64,000 nucleotides of DNA from the human T2T-CHM13v2.0 reference genome, Homo sapiens, in NCBI RefSeq assembly GCF_009914755.1, contig NC_060926.1; one strand, written 5' to 3'. Below are positions 46,721-60,267 of the stretch, piece after piece; the first letter of the stretch is position 1; each line of letters starts with the position of its first letter. A program made the position numbers and the translations under genes. Under the pieces are notes generated by a model, which was given only the letters and a program-made list of their open reading frames with translations, ran no database searches and was not told the DNA's origin.

Positions 46721-47699
46721 GTCTTGGTGCAAGTTTGGTTTTAAGTCTATAAGCAAATCCAAATGTGTTTTCTTGGTTGTTTGTTTTATCTTGCTTTGTT
46801 TCATCCTGCTAATAAGATTTTTAAGTTTTACCAAATATTGTGTTTGTGAGAATGGCAACTGACAATTTGTGTGTGTGTGTGTGTGCACGCATGTGTGTAA
46901 ATCTTATCTTTCCTCAGATATCATGACACAATCTGGCCAGGATTTTAATTTTTTGGATTATTCTTTTACATATATCAGAACATCTGTTCCCATGGGAAAA
47001 AAGAAAAATTGCCCATTTTGGATCATTTATGGAATGCTAATTCCAAATTAATTTGAATGGAGAATGTAATCATTGAAAATGAATCAGCAGGGCAGGGACT
47101 TCTTAAAAACTTAACTAGAGAGTTACAAAAGAGAGGTTTATTTGTTGTATTGTTGGTTGGTTTTTTAATACAGATATCTATAAAAAGTTTAGTCATTGCA
47201 AAGAAAACAACAAAACACGTGGTTTTTGGTTTGTTTTTTGTTTTCTTTGTGAACCACAGGTGAAAATTGCTAGAGCCTCCAGGGACAACAAGCAAACAGA
47301 CAGACATCCTCAGTTTATGATTTCTATCTTAAGACACAAATCTTTCTGAACTGAAAGCAGGTCATATATAAAGCATAAGTTTGGATCCCTTGGAAGCAGA
47401 AAAAATGTATATTTGGTCTTTGTTCTTTCGTCCAAATCACTACTTTGAAAGCTCCAGTATTATTCCACAATTTTGACAGATCCATATTATTCCATATCCT
47501 GACATTACTACACATAAATGCTGTGAACAAAAGATGACAAATTTGGCATGTTAAAATAATACTTTATGCTTCTGGAATCCACTCAGGAAATTATAGAAAT
47601 AGAAATTACATTGTTTTCAAAATTACAATGAAAGCAAAATTTGGACAAATAACAAGTCTGTGACTTTTTTTCCAACACGCTTTAGTGACAAGGTCACTA

Positions 47700-50600
47700 G
47701 ACAACAACTGGCACCAAAGCTAAGTAGACACTAACAGCCACCAGGGAGATCAGTGGCAGACAGGAGCACTGTTTTAACTAGAAAAATAAAGGCAGCAGGA
47801 CACGGTTTAGAACATTTGAGTTTGGGAGACTGGTGAGTTGGTGGAAAGGGAGTGAAGCTGCTGGGGTCCAAAAATATAGGGGGAGCCTATGTACTGTTGT
47901 TAGCTTTTGTTCAGTAAAGCTCACTGGGTACTCGCTGACAATCTTGGGAGAGTCTTGAGATAATTTTCCTTGGGATGCAAAAATCACAAAGAAAAAGAAC
48001 TACCATCGCAGGAAAGGCAAAATTCCAGTGAAATTCTTCCCCCCATCTCTCTTACAGAATAAAAGCCAGAATCTTTGACAAGAAGGCCATTAGCATACTG
48101 GAGAAAGCCCGTTGCAGCTAGAGGAGTAAACTGAAAAATCCCCTCTACTACAAAAAAAGGGTAGAAATATATGTTGGTCAAAGAACTATAGTTAGGGCAG
48201 GGGCAGGAGTACTGACAAAACTATACCCCTAATATCCTGAGAAATGGTGCCTTCCTATGTTTGAAGCATAATCAGGGCATCACATAACTGTCTCCTTTTT
48301 ACCCTGCCCGTGTCCAGGCTTAAAAGCAGTAAATCAAACAACTAACTGCAAAAGGCAGACTCTCATGAAGTATAGAGCAAGAATCAGAAACAGATGCAGA
48401 TATGACAAAGAAACAGATGCAGATATGACAAAGATGTTGAATTATGTGAAATGGGATCAAAATAATCATGATTATTAAGTTAAAGGTTCTAATGGAAGAT
48501 GGACAACATTAAAAATTAGGTGGAATTCTAGAAAAAAAAGAGGAAACAGAAAGAATCAACTAGGGGGAAATAACAGGAAAAATGCCTTAGTTGTACTCAT
48601 CAGTAGACTTGATGTAGAAAGGAAATAAATATGTGAATTTGAAGATAGGTTTATAGAAATTATTGAAAGTCAAACTTCAAAAGTATAAAAAAGTTATCAA
48701 AAGAAAAACACAACCACAATTTTCTAGGCCATTGTTAAACAGTAACAAATACGTGATAGAATCCGTGAAGGAGAAGCTAGAAGAATGAGGAGGAAGAAAT
48801 ATTTAAAGAAATGATAGCTAAGAATTTTTCAAAATTAAAAACAATGTTCTAAGAATCTCAGAGGACACCAAGCAGGATAAAATAAAAATGACAAACCAAA
48901 CACCACCACCAAAATATTTGAAAGCAGAAAAAGGGAAAATTTTCTAACAGAAGAATATAGATGACAATTATAAACGAATTTCTCAGAAATCATGCCAGCT
49001 GTAAAAATAACATATCATTTTTAAACTACTAAAACATTTGAAAACCTAACTGCCAACCTATCATTCTATAAAAAGCAAAAATATTTTTCAAAGAATAAAA
49101 ATTAATACTTTTCCTAGACAAATTAAACCTGGGAGAATTTCTTGTCAGAAGACCAACAATAAATGTTTAAACCTGCAAGAAATTTTAGAAATTCTTCAGG
49201 CAAAAGGAATATAACACTGTAACTTGGATCTATATGAAGAATTTTTTTTAAAGATAAACTAAGACAAAAATATTAGCAATATATAGTACATGACACAGTA
49301 ATGCAAAAGATGAATAGATTTGGGAATGCACTGTTATGTTGCTCTACTATTCATGAAGCAGCATGGTATTATTTGGAGGCATAATTTAAACATTTTAGCA
49401 ATCACTATAAATATTTTAAAAGATAGACTTAATAAACCAATAAAGTAGATTTTAAAAATCCTAAAAATTTCCTTAATTAGCCATGAAAGACAGGAAAACA
49501 GAGGATGAAGAATATATAATAGGTAGAAAAATAGAAGGAGACAATGGTAGATTTTAATTCAATGATATTAATAAGCACTCTAAGTATGAATGGCATAAAA
49601 ATTACTGATAAGACAGAGATTGTAAAATTGCATTACAAATCGAGATCCAATATGTTATCCCTACAAAATCTCACTTTAAACATAAGGACACAGGTAAGCT
49701 AAAGATAAACAGCTGTAAAATATTATTAAAACAATAACCAAAATAAATAAAGCAAAAGCAGCAATATTAGTTTCACTCGTGTCCGTGTGAAGAGACCACC
49801 AAACAGGCTTTGTGTGAGCAATAAAGCTTTTTAATCACCTGGGTGCAGGCAGGCTGAGTCCGAAGAGAGAGTCAGCGAAGGGAGATAGGGGTGGGGCCGT
49901 TTTATAAGATTGGGGTAGGTAAAGGAATATTACAGTCAAAGGGGGGTTGTTCTCTGGTGGGCAGGAGTGGGGGGTCACAAGGTGCTCAGTGGGGGAGCTT
50001 TTTTGAGCCAGGATGAGCCAGGAAAAGGAAAGGTAATGTCATCACTTAAGGCAAGGACTGCCCATTTTCACTTCTTTTGTGGTGGAATGTCATCAGCTAA
50101 GGCAGGAACAGGCCATTTTCACTTCTTTTGTGATTCTTCAGTTACTTCAGGCCATCTGGGCATATACGTGCAGGTCACAGGGGATGCGATGGCTTAGTTT
50201 GGGCTCAGAGGCCTGACAATTAGTATCAGAAAAGTAAGTTTCCAAAAACAAATAAGAATAAAAAGAAACATCATTTAATTATAAAAGGACTATTTTTCTA
50301 AGACAAAAATTCTAAATGCACATGCACTTAATAATTGGTATCAAAATACATAGACTAAAAGAAGAAATGGAGAAATCCACAGTCGTAAATGCAGACTTCA
50401 ACACTCCTTTGCAGTAATTGATAGAAAAAGTAGTCAGAAAAATAGTAAGGATATTGAATATATGACCCAAATTGCCATTCAATTTGACCTAATTTAAAAT
50501 TTGTTAAACACTTCACCCCAAAGTATTAGAACACACATTTTGTCAAGAATTCTTAGGCCATAATAAAACCAAAAAAAAAACCATATGAATTAAAAATTAA

Positions 50601-50960
50601 GTCTAAATGGAACTTAAGTGGAATGAAAATGAACCATGTCAAAATTTGTGAATGCAGTGAAAAGCAATGCTCACAGAGAAATTCATAGCATTACCTACTT
50701 ATATTGAGAAAATAAAAATATTCTCAAAACAGTATTCTAAGCTTCCACCATCAAGAAACTAGTAAAGGGACAACAAATAAAACTCAAATGTAGCAAGAGA
50801 AAGAAAGTAATAAATACCAGAAATTAATAAAATTGAAAAGAAAAATAACTGAGGAAAGGTAATGAAACCAATTGTCAAGAATTCTTAGGCCATAAGCTGT
50901 TCAGTTGTTAAAAATGAAGAAAGCTGTTCAGTTGTTAAAAATGAAGAAAAAAAAGCACTG
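47700..50960 (+). mobile_element. Old L1M 5' region, ORF1 and endonuclease remnants, interrupted by LTR7
   Basis: ORF1-like gaagaaatatttaaagaaatgatagctaagaatttttcaaaatt; EN-like gacttcaacactcctt; left boundary approximate. Confidence 0.7.
49771..50218 (-). mobile_element. Solo LTR7, 448 bp
   Basis: tttcactcgtgtccgtgtgaagagaccaccaaacagg...ctcagaggcctgaca; TSD ATTAG at 49766-49770 and 50219-50223. Confidence 0.97.
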
Positions 50961-50974
50961 GCAACAAAAAAAAT

Positions 50975-51965
50975 TCAATTTTGGCTTCATCACCGTTAAA
51001 AATTTCTATGCATTGAATAGCACTATTAAGTGAATGAAAAGACAAGCTGCTAAATAGGAAAAAAGAATTTGCAAATTACTTATCTAATAGGAGGTTAATT
51101 TCCAGAATATACAACGAAGTCCTACAACTCAACAGCAAAAACCAAACAAGCCAATACAAAAAAAAAAGGACTCGAATAGTTCATTGCTCCAAAGAAGATA
51201 TGCAGATGGCTAATAAGCACATGAAAAGATGCTAAACCTCACTAGTCATTTGGGAAATGCCAATCTAAACTTCAATGAGATGCCTCCCCACACAAAATAG
51301 GTTGGCTATTATTAAGAAGAGAAAACAACAGGTGTTGGTGAAGACGTGGAGAAATTAAAACTTTTGTGTTTTGTTCTTGGGAACATAAAATGATGCAATT
51401 GCTATAGAAAATAATTTACATGTTTCTCAAAAAGTTAAACATAGAATTATCTATGATCCAGTCATTTCATTTCTAGGTGTATATATTTGTGCACTAACAT
51501 TCATGGCAGTATTATTCACAGCAGCCAAAAGATGGAAACAACGCAAATATCCTTCAAAAGTTAGATAAACAAAATGTGGTATATATACAATGGAACATTT
51601 AGCCTTAAAAAGAATAAAATTCTGATACATGCTATGACATGAGTAAAGTTAAAGGCATTAGGCTAAGTTAGATAAACCGCATGCAAAGGATAAATATTGT
51701 ATTATTATGCTTATATGAGGTACTCACAATAGCCAAACTTTTAGAGACAGAAAATAGAACCAATGTTACCCTAGGCTTGGTATAGTGGGAATGAGGAATT
51801 AATTGCTTAATAGGTAGAGTTTCTGTTTGCTGTAATAAAATGTTCTGGAAATGACTAGTGAATAGTTGTAAAACATTGTGAATGTATTTGATGCCACTGA
51901 ATTGTATACTTAAAAAATCAAAAAGTAACTTTTTTTGTTATTTATATCTTACCCCAATAAAAAAT
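50975..51965 (+). mobile_element. L1MB-type 3' end
   Basis: ataagcacatgaaaagatgct, gatgccactgaattgtatacttaaaa, terminal caataaaaaa. Confidence 0.85.
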
Positions 51966-54900
51966 ACCATTTAGCAAAAATGTTCTGTTTTCCCAGTTTG
52001 ACAAAATGGTATGTTTTTTTGAGCTGTGAAATATCTTTGAAATACATTGTTATTGAAAGATTACTTAAATGTACACATATTTATAATTTCTGTTATATTA
52101 CATTTATATATCTATTTGGTTTAATTTATAGGCAGTAAAATATATGTCTTAACTGTACAGTCCAAACATATTTGAAAAAAATGCATGCATCCATGTAACT
52201 CACATCATAAAACATTTCTATCATCCCACAAAGTTGTGTGTTATGCTCACTCAACACACTTTGAAATCACTATTTTATCATTGATGAATTTTGTTCTTCT
52301 AAAACTTCATATAAATGGAATAATACAGTGTATTATTTAGTATCTTGCTTCTTTCACTTAACATGTTTTGAGGTTCATCCATGTCATTATGCAAATCAGT
52401 AGTATGCATATAAATAGTATTTCATTATATGGTTATATTTATCCATTCTTTAAAAAAATTAGATTTTAAAATTTTTGTGGATACATAGTAGGTATGTATA
52501 TTTATGGGGTACCTGAGATGTTTTGATACAGGCATACAATGTTAAATAACCACATCTTAAAGAATGGGATATCCTTGCCCTCAAGCATTTGTCTTTTAAG
52601 TTATAAACAATCCAATTACATTCTTTAGTTATTTTAAAATATACAATTATTTTTGACTTCAGTCACCATAAGGTGCTCTCAAATAGTAGGTGTTATTCAT
52701 TCTTTCTGTTTTTTCTTTTTTACCCATTAATCATCCCTACCTTCTACCCGCAACCCTCACTACCCTTCCTAGCCTCTGGTAACCGTGCTTCTACTTTTTA
52801 TGTCCATGAGTTCAACTGATTTTTATTTTTAGATTCCACAAATAAGTGAGAGTATGCAATGTTTTTGTTTCTGTCTCTGGCTTATTTCGCTTAACATAGT
52901 GATCTCCAGTTCCATCCATGTTATTGCGGATGACTGAATCTCATTCTTTTTTATGGCTGCATGGTGTTCCACTGTGTATATGTATCACATTTTCTTTATC
53001 CATTCATCTGTTGATGGACACTTAGGTTTCTTCCAAATCTTAGCTATTGTAAACAGTGCTGCAACAAATGTAGGAGTACAGATATCTCTTTGATATATTG
53101 AGTTCCTTTCTTTTGGGTACATACCCAGCAGTGAGATTGCTGGATCATATGGTAGCTCTATTTTTAGTTTTTTGAGGAACCTCCAAACTGCTTTCTATAG
53201 TGGTTGTACTAATTAAATTCCCACCAACAGTTTACAAGGGTTCCCTTTTCTCCGCATCCTTGCCAGCACTTCGTATTACCTGTCTTTTGGATATAAGCCA
53301 TTTTAACTGGGGTGAGATGATATCTAATTATAGTTTTGATGTGCATTTATCTGATGATCAATGATGTTGGGCACCTTTTCATATGCCCACTTGCCATTTG
53401 TATGTCTTCTTTTGAAAAATATCTGTTCAAATATTTGCTTACTTTATTGGATTATTAGATTTTTTTTTCCTATAGAGTTGTTTGTGCTCCTTACATATAC
53501 TGGTGATTCCTCCCTTATCAGAGTGATAGTTTGCGAATATTTTCTCCCATTGTGTGGGTTGTCTGTTCACTTTTTGATTGTATACTTTACTGTTTAGAAA
53601 CTTTTTAACTTCGTGTGATCCCGTTTGTCCATGATTGCTTTGGTTGCCTGTGTTTGTTTGTGGAGTATTGATCAAGAAATCTTTGCCCACACCAATGTTG
53701 TGGACATTTTCCCCAATGTTTTCTTGTAGTAGATTCATGGTTTGATGTCTTGGATTTAAGCCTTTAATTCATTTTGATAGAATTTTTATTTTCTGAAAGA
53801 TAAGGGTCAAGTCTCTTCTGCTTATGGACATCCAGTTTTCCAAGCACCATTTATTGAAGAGACTCATTTTTTCCCCAGGGTATGTTATGGCACCTTTGTC
53901 CAAATGAGCTCACTGTAAGTGTGTGGATTTGTTTCTGGGTTCTCTATTCTGTTTTATCATTCTATGTGTCTGTTTTTATGCCACTACAATGCTATTTTGG
54001 TTACTATAGCTCTGTAGTATAAGAAGAAGTCTGGTAATGTAATTTATCTAGATTTTTTTTTTTTTTTTTTTTTTAGCTTTGACTATTCTTGGTTTTTCTG
54101 TAGTTCCATACAAATTTTAGGAATGCTTTTTCCATTTCTGTGAAGACCATCATTGGTATTTTGATAAGGATTGCATTGAATCTATAGATTATGCTTTGCG
54201 TATTATGAACATTTTAACAATATTGAGTCTCCCAATTAATGAACATAATTTTTTTTTCATTTTTTGATGTCCTCTTCAATTTTTTTCATCAGTGTTTTAA
54301 AGTTTTCATTACAGAGATCTTTCACTTCTTTAATTTCTAAGTATTTAATTTTATGTGTGGCGATTCTAAGTTAGATTTTTTTATTCCTTTTTTTTCAGAA
54401 TGTTCACTATTGACATAGAGAAATGCTACAGATTTTTGTATGTTGATTTTGTATTTTCCCACTTTATTTTTTTAATCAGTTCTAATAGTTTTCTTGTGGA
54501 TTCTTTAGGTTTTTCCAAATATAAGATTATATAATCTGCAAAACAGGATATTTTGACTTGTTCCATTCCAATTTGTATGCCCTTAATATCTTTCTCTTGT
54601 CTGATTGCTCTAGCTAGGACTTTCAGTACTGTGTTGAGTAACAGTGGTGACAGTGCCATTCTTGTGGTGTACCAGATCTTAAGAGGAAAGGCTTTCAGGT
54701 GTTCCCCATTCCATGTGATACTTTTCATACAAGTCCGTGTGAAGAGACCACTAAACAGGCTTTGTGTGAGCAGCAAGGCTGTTTATTTCACCTGGGTGCA
54801 GGCGGGCTGAGTCCAAAAAGAGAGTCAGCAAAGGGAGATAGGCGTGGGGCCGTTGTATAAGATTTGGGTAGGTAAAGGAAAATTACAGTCAAAGGGTGGT

Positions 54901-56099
54901 TGTTCTCTGGCGGGCAGGGGTGGGGGTCATAAGGTGCTCAGTAGGGGAGCTTTTGAGCCAGGATGAGCCAGAAGAAGGAATTTCACAAGATAATGTCATC
55001 AGTTAAGGCAGGAACAGGCCATTTTCACTTCTTTTGTGGTGGAATGTCATCAGTTAAGGCAGGAACTGGCCATCTGGATGTGTACGTGCAGGTCGCAAGG
55101 GATATGATAGCTTAGCTTGGGCTCAGGGGCCTGACATTCCTGTCTTCTTATATTAATAAGAAAAATAAAATGAAATAGTGGTAAAACGTTGGGATGGCGA
55201 AAATTTTGGGGGCTGGTATGGAGAGATAATGGGCGATGTTTCTCAGGGCTGCTTGGAGCAGGATTAGGTTAGGCGTGGGAACCTAGAGTGGGAGAGATTA
55301 AGCTGAAGGAAGATTTTGTGGTAAGGGGTGATATTGTGGGGTTGTTAGAAGAAACGTTTGTCACTTAGAATTATTGGTGATGGCCTGGATATGGTTTTGT
55401 ATGAATTGAAAAACTAAACGGAATAAGAGAAGGAGAAAAACAGGTATTAAGTGTCTAAGAATTGGGAGGACCTAGGACATTTAATTAGAGAGTGCCTAAG
55501 GAGATTCAGCATAGTCCTGCCAGCAAAGATTATTTATTTACTCTAAGAGTTAAGAATGGCAGTTGGGGATAGCACCAGGAGATATCAGCTGTCATGGGTT
55601 GGAGAAACGGTGTAACCTGACAGTGTAAACAAGAGCAGGGCATGTATGAGTAGTTGAGAACGGTGAATAGGAGTATGACTACACAGAAGATAGTAGGGAT
55701 GACAAGTTTTTTGGGGCACAATTTAAGTTGGTCTGGTGTCTGGAATGAGACTTGGGGCTTAATTAAAAGGAGTGTCCATACAGGAGCTCAAATGGGCTGT
55801 ACCTTGTAGCATTCCAAGGACAGGCCTGAATTCTGAGAAGGGAAAGTGGTAAAAGTATTGTCTAGTCCCATTTAAGTTGGTGGCTGAGCTTGGTGAGGTG
55901 TGTTTTTAAAAGACTATTAGTGTGTTCTACTTTTCCTGAAGACTGAGGACTATAAGGGATATAAAGATTTCACTGAATACTAAGAGCCTGAAAAAATGCT
56001 TGGCTGATTTGGCTAATAAAGGCCGGTCTGCTATCGGACTACATAGAGGTGGGAAGGCCAAACTGAGGAATGATGTCTGACAGAAGGGAAGAAATGACC

Positions 56100-58390
56100 G
56101 TGGTGGCCTTCTCAGACCCTGTAGGAAAGGCCTCTACTTATCCAGTGAAAGTGTCTACCTAGATTAAGAGGTATTTTACTTTTCTGACTCGGGGCACATG
56201 AGTAAAATCAATTTGCCAGTTCTGGGCAGGGGCAAATCCTCGAGCTTGATGTGTAGGAAAGGGAGGAGGCCTGAACAATCCTTGAGGGTTAGTAGAATAG
56301 CAGATGGAACACTGAGAAGTGATTTCTTTGAGGATAGATTTCCAGGATGGAAAGGAAATGAGAGGTTCTAAGAGACGGGCTAGCGGCTTATAATCTACAT
56401 GGAAGAGGTTATGAAATGACGACAGAATAGAATGGGCCTGTGGGGCTGGAAGGAGATATTTTCCTTGGTCTAAGAACTATTTGCCTTGTGTGGGAAGAGA
56501 TTGATAGGTGGGAGTGACCGATGTGAAGGAGAAAAACTGGCCATGAGGGACAGAAGTTGGAAAGCTAGCTGCTTGTCTAGCCACCTTATCAGTGTAAGTG
56601 TTGCCTAGAGCAATGGGATCTGACGCCTTTTGATGGCCTTTGCAGTGAATGACTCCAGCTTCTTTTGGAAGTAAAGCGACCTTGAGCAGAGTTTTTATTA
56701 AAGAGGCATTAATGATGGAGGATCTTTGCGTAGTCAGGAAACTTCTTTCAGCCTATATAACAGCATGGTGGTGCAGAATATGAAAGGCATATTTAGAGTC
56801 AGTATAAATACTGATGAGTAGTCCTTTTGCAAGAGTGAGGGCTTGAGTTAAGGCAAGTAGTTCAGCTTGCTGAGAGGTAGTAGAGGTGGGCAGAGCAGTA
56901 GCCTCAATGATAGATGTGGAAGATACTATAGCATAGCCTGCCTTTGCTGGTGAGTGGCGATTAGGCCTGGTGGAACTGCCATCAATAAACTAAATGTGAT
57001 CAGGGTGAGGAACAGGAAATAAGGAAATATGAGGAAATGGGGTTAATGTCAGGTGGATCAGACAGATACAGTCATGGGGGTCAGGTGTGGTATCCAGAAT
57101 AATGTGGGAGGCCGGATTGAAGTCCGTGCCAGGAACAATGGTAATTGTGGGAGACTCAACAAAGAGTGAGTATAGCTGAAGGAGCCTGGAAGCAGAAAGT
57201 ATATGCATCAGGTATGAGGAAGAAAATAGATTTTGGAAGTTATGAGAACTGCAGAGAGTGAGTTGAGCATAGTTTGTGATTTTTAGGGCCTCTAAAAGTA
57301 TTAAGGCAGTGGCAGCCGCTGCATGCAGGCATGAGGGCTAGGCTAAAACAGTAAGGTCAAGTTGTTTGGACAGGAAGGTTACAGGGTGCGGTCCTGGCTC
57401 TTGTGTAAGAATTCTGACCACACTAACCATGCCTAGGAAGGAAAGGAGTTGTTGTTTTGTAGAAGGGATTGAGGTTTGGGAGATTAGTCGAACACGATCA
57501 GCAGGGAGAGCACGTGTGTTTTTATGAGAATTATGCCGAAATAGGTAACAGATGAGGATGAAATTTGGGCTTGACCGAAGTAATGGGGGCTATCTGTGAA
57601 GCCTTGTGGCAGTACAGCGTAGGTAATTTGCTGAGCCTGATGGGTGTCGGGGTCAGTCTAAGTGAAAGCGAAGAGAGGCTGGGATGAAAGGTGCAAAGGA
57701 ATAGTAAAGAAAGCATGTTTGAGATACAGAACAGAATAATGGATTGTGGAGGGAGGTATTGAGGATAGGAGAGTATATGGGTTTGGCACTATGGGGTGGA
57801 TAGGCAAAACAATTTGGTTGATAAGGCACAGATCCTGAACTAACTTGTAAGGCTTGTCTGGTTTTAGGACAGGTAAAATGGGGGAATTGTAAGGAGAGTC
57901 TATAGGCTTTAAAAGGCCATGCTGTAGCAGGTGAGTGATAAGAGGCTTTAATCTTTTTAAAGCACCCTGCGGGATGGGATATTGGCTTTGAGCGGGGTAA
58001 GGGTGATTAGGCTTTAACAAGATGGTAAGGAGTGCATGATGGGTCACCAAGGAGGGAGTAGAGGTATCTTATACTTGTGGGTTAAGGTGGGGGGATACAA
58101 GAAGAAGAGGCAAAGGAGGCTTTGGATTGGGAACAAGGGCAGCAATGAGATGTGGCTGTAGTCCAGGAATAGTCAGGGAAGCAGATAATTTAGTTAAAGT
58201 GTCTTGGCCTAATAAGGGAATTGGGCAGGTGGGGAAAACTAAAAGAGTGCTTAAAAAAGTATTGTCTAAGTTGGCACCAGAGTTGGGGAGTTTTAAGAGG
58301 TTTAGTAGCCTGGCTGTCAATACCTACAACAGTTATGGAGGCAAGGGAAACAGGCCTTTGAAAAGAAGGTAATGTGGAGTGGGTAGCCTC
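56100..58390 (-). pseudogene. HERV-H pro-pol remnant with the RT catalytic core deleted
   Basis: SPYNSPILPVLKPDKPYKLVQDL...LKHAFFTIPLH; LPQGFTDSPHYFGQ joins directly to AQISSSSVTY near 57570 (no YxDD); protease active site reads INMEA. Confidence 0.9.
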
Positions 58391-58399
58391 CATATTGAT

Positions 58400-59720
58400 T
58401 AAGAAGGGGACTGACTTACCTTCTACTGTGAGAGTTACCTGATGCTTGGCATCCGTGATGGTTTAGGGGGCTTCTGAGGCGATCGGGCAGTGTCAGTCTT
58501 CAGCTGCTAAGCCAAGAAGATCTGGGAAGGAGTCAGTCGGAGTGCCTTGGGCCAGAGTTCCAGGGGCTCTGGGAGTGGCTACCAGGTGAGTTGAACAGTC
58601 CGGTTTTCATTGGGGTCCCACACAGATGGGATGGGGCTTAGGAGGAATCCCAGGCTGCGGGCATTCCTTGGCCTGGTGGCCAGATTTCCGGCACTTGTAG
58701 CAAGCTCCTGGGGGAGGAGGTTCTGGAGGAATCCCTGGCCACTGTGGTTCAGGCGTTTGGAAGTTCTTGTGTGCTGGAGATGTGGCTGGGGTTTCTCTCA
58801 CAGTGGAGGCAAGGAATTGCAACTTTTTTCTATTATTGTACATCTTGAAGGCGAGATTAAGTCCCATTGCGGTGTTTGAGGGCCGGAATTTAATTTTTGG
58901 AGCTTTATTTAAAGTCGGGAGTGGATTGGGTAATAAAATGTATATTGAGAATAAGACGGCCTTTTGACCTTTTAGGGTCTAGGGCTGTCAAGCGTCTCAG
59001 GGTTGCTGCCAAACAAGCCGTGAACTGGGCTGGGTTTTTATATTTGATGAAAAAGAGCCTAAACGCTATCTGATTTGGGATAAAGAAAAAGGAGCATTAA
59101 CTTTGAGTATGCCTTTAGCTCCAGCCACCTTTTTAAGAGGAAATTGCTGGGCAGGTGGGGGAGGGCCAGTCACGGAACGAAACTGTAAGCTGGACAGGGT
59201 GTGAGGAGGGGAAGGGATAAAAGGATTATAGGGTGGAGGAACAGAGGCTGAGGAAGAATTGGGACCTAGCTCAGCCTGGCGAGGAGGGGAGAGGTCAGAT
59301 AGGTCTATATAAAAGGAAGATTAGAAAGACTCAGCAATGCTTGGGGTTGGGACTGAGGGGACAGGTGGGAGGGAAGGAAGATTTGGGATGAGTTGCATTG
59401 GGAACAGAGACTAGGGAGGGACCGATGTGTAAAAGAATGCCTGGACATCAGGCATCTCAGACTATTTGCCTATTTTACGACAAGAATTATTTAGATCTTG
59501 TAGGATGGAAAAATTGAAAGTGCCATTTTCTGGCTATTTGGAACCACTGTCGAGTTTGTATTGGGGTCAAGCGGCATTGTAGAAGAAAATAAGGTGTTTA
59601 GGTTTTAGGTCAGGTGTGAGTTGAAGGGATTTTGTCTTCTTGAGAACACAGTCTAAGGGAGAAGAAGGAGGAATGGAGGGTGGACGCTTGCCTATAGCGA
59701 AGGAGGCAAGTTTAAAGAGA
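58400..59720 (-). pseudogene. HERV-H gag remnant
   Basis: NLAFKMYNNR and CCHC knuckle CYKCRKSGHQAKEC; second knuckle mutated; stops and frameshifts. Confidence 0.88.
58414..58422 (-). promoter_or_regulatory. Consensus splice donor AAG|GTAAGT at the HERV-H gag/pro border
   Basis: Plus strand acttacctt; GT at 58419-58418. Confidence 0.6.
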
Positions 59721-60117
59721 AGGATAGAGACATGGAGAAGGAGGTGGTGAGCAGCCCTGGGCTGCAATGTGGGTGAGCAGTCAAAGCCGGCGTCCCTGCA
59801 GTTGACTTGCCACCAAGGATACATGGGTGAATGATCAAGGCAGGTGTCCCCGTGGAGATCAGACACAAATGGAACATGGCTGAATAAGAGAGCCGTTCCT
59901 GCAATGATTAAACAGCAAGGGAAGGCTGCCTCCCCAAGTCCGTGACTGGCACCAGAGTTTTGGGTCCACAGATAAAATGTGTCTCCTTTGTCTCTACCAG
60001 AAAATGAAAGGAATTGAAATTAAGAGAAGGGAGAGATTGAAGTGTGGCGCCAAGATTGAAAGGAGAAAGAGGTTGAGGGATAGTGAGGGAGGTTGGAGAA
60101 GAGAGTAAAAAGAGGCC

Positions 60118-60126
60118 GCTTACTGG
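60118..60126 (-). promoter_or_regulatory. HERV-H leader splice donor CCA|GTAAGC
   Basis: About 150 nt downstream of the 5' LTR at the known leader donor position; -1 base is A where the recalled consensus has G. Confidence 0.65.
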
Positions 60127-60249
60127 ATTTGAAATTGGTGAGACGTTCCTTGGGCTGGTTGGTCTGAGGATCTGAGGTCGTAGGTGGATCTTTCTCACGG
60201 AGCAAAGAGCAGGAGGACAGGGGATTGATCTCCCAAGGGAGGTCTCCCG

Positions 60250-60267
60250 ATCTGAGTCACGGCACCA
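60250..60267 (-). promoter_or_regulatory. tRNA-His primer binding site
   Basis: TGGTGCCGTGACTCAGAT, 17/18 to TGGTGCCGTGACTCGGAT, just downstream of the 5' LTR. Confidence 0.95.

Noticed and set aside
47230-47365. Strong plus-strand splice acceptor (tttctttgtgaaccacag|G)
   Set aside because: No good matching donor or recognisable coding frame
49771-55136. Solo LTR7 at 49771 as partner LTR of a larger composite element
   Set aside because: It has its own ATTAG TSD on both sides and a different LTR subtype
57658-58050. 130-aa RT ORF as functional reverse transcriptase
   Set aside because: Fragment only; YxDD core deleted and protease active site mutated
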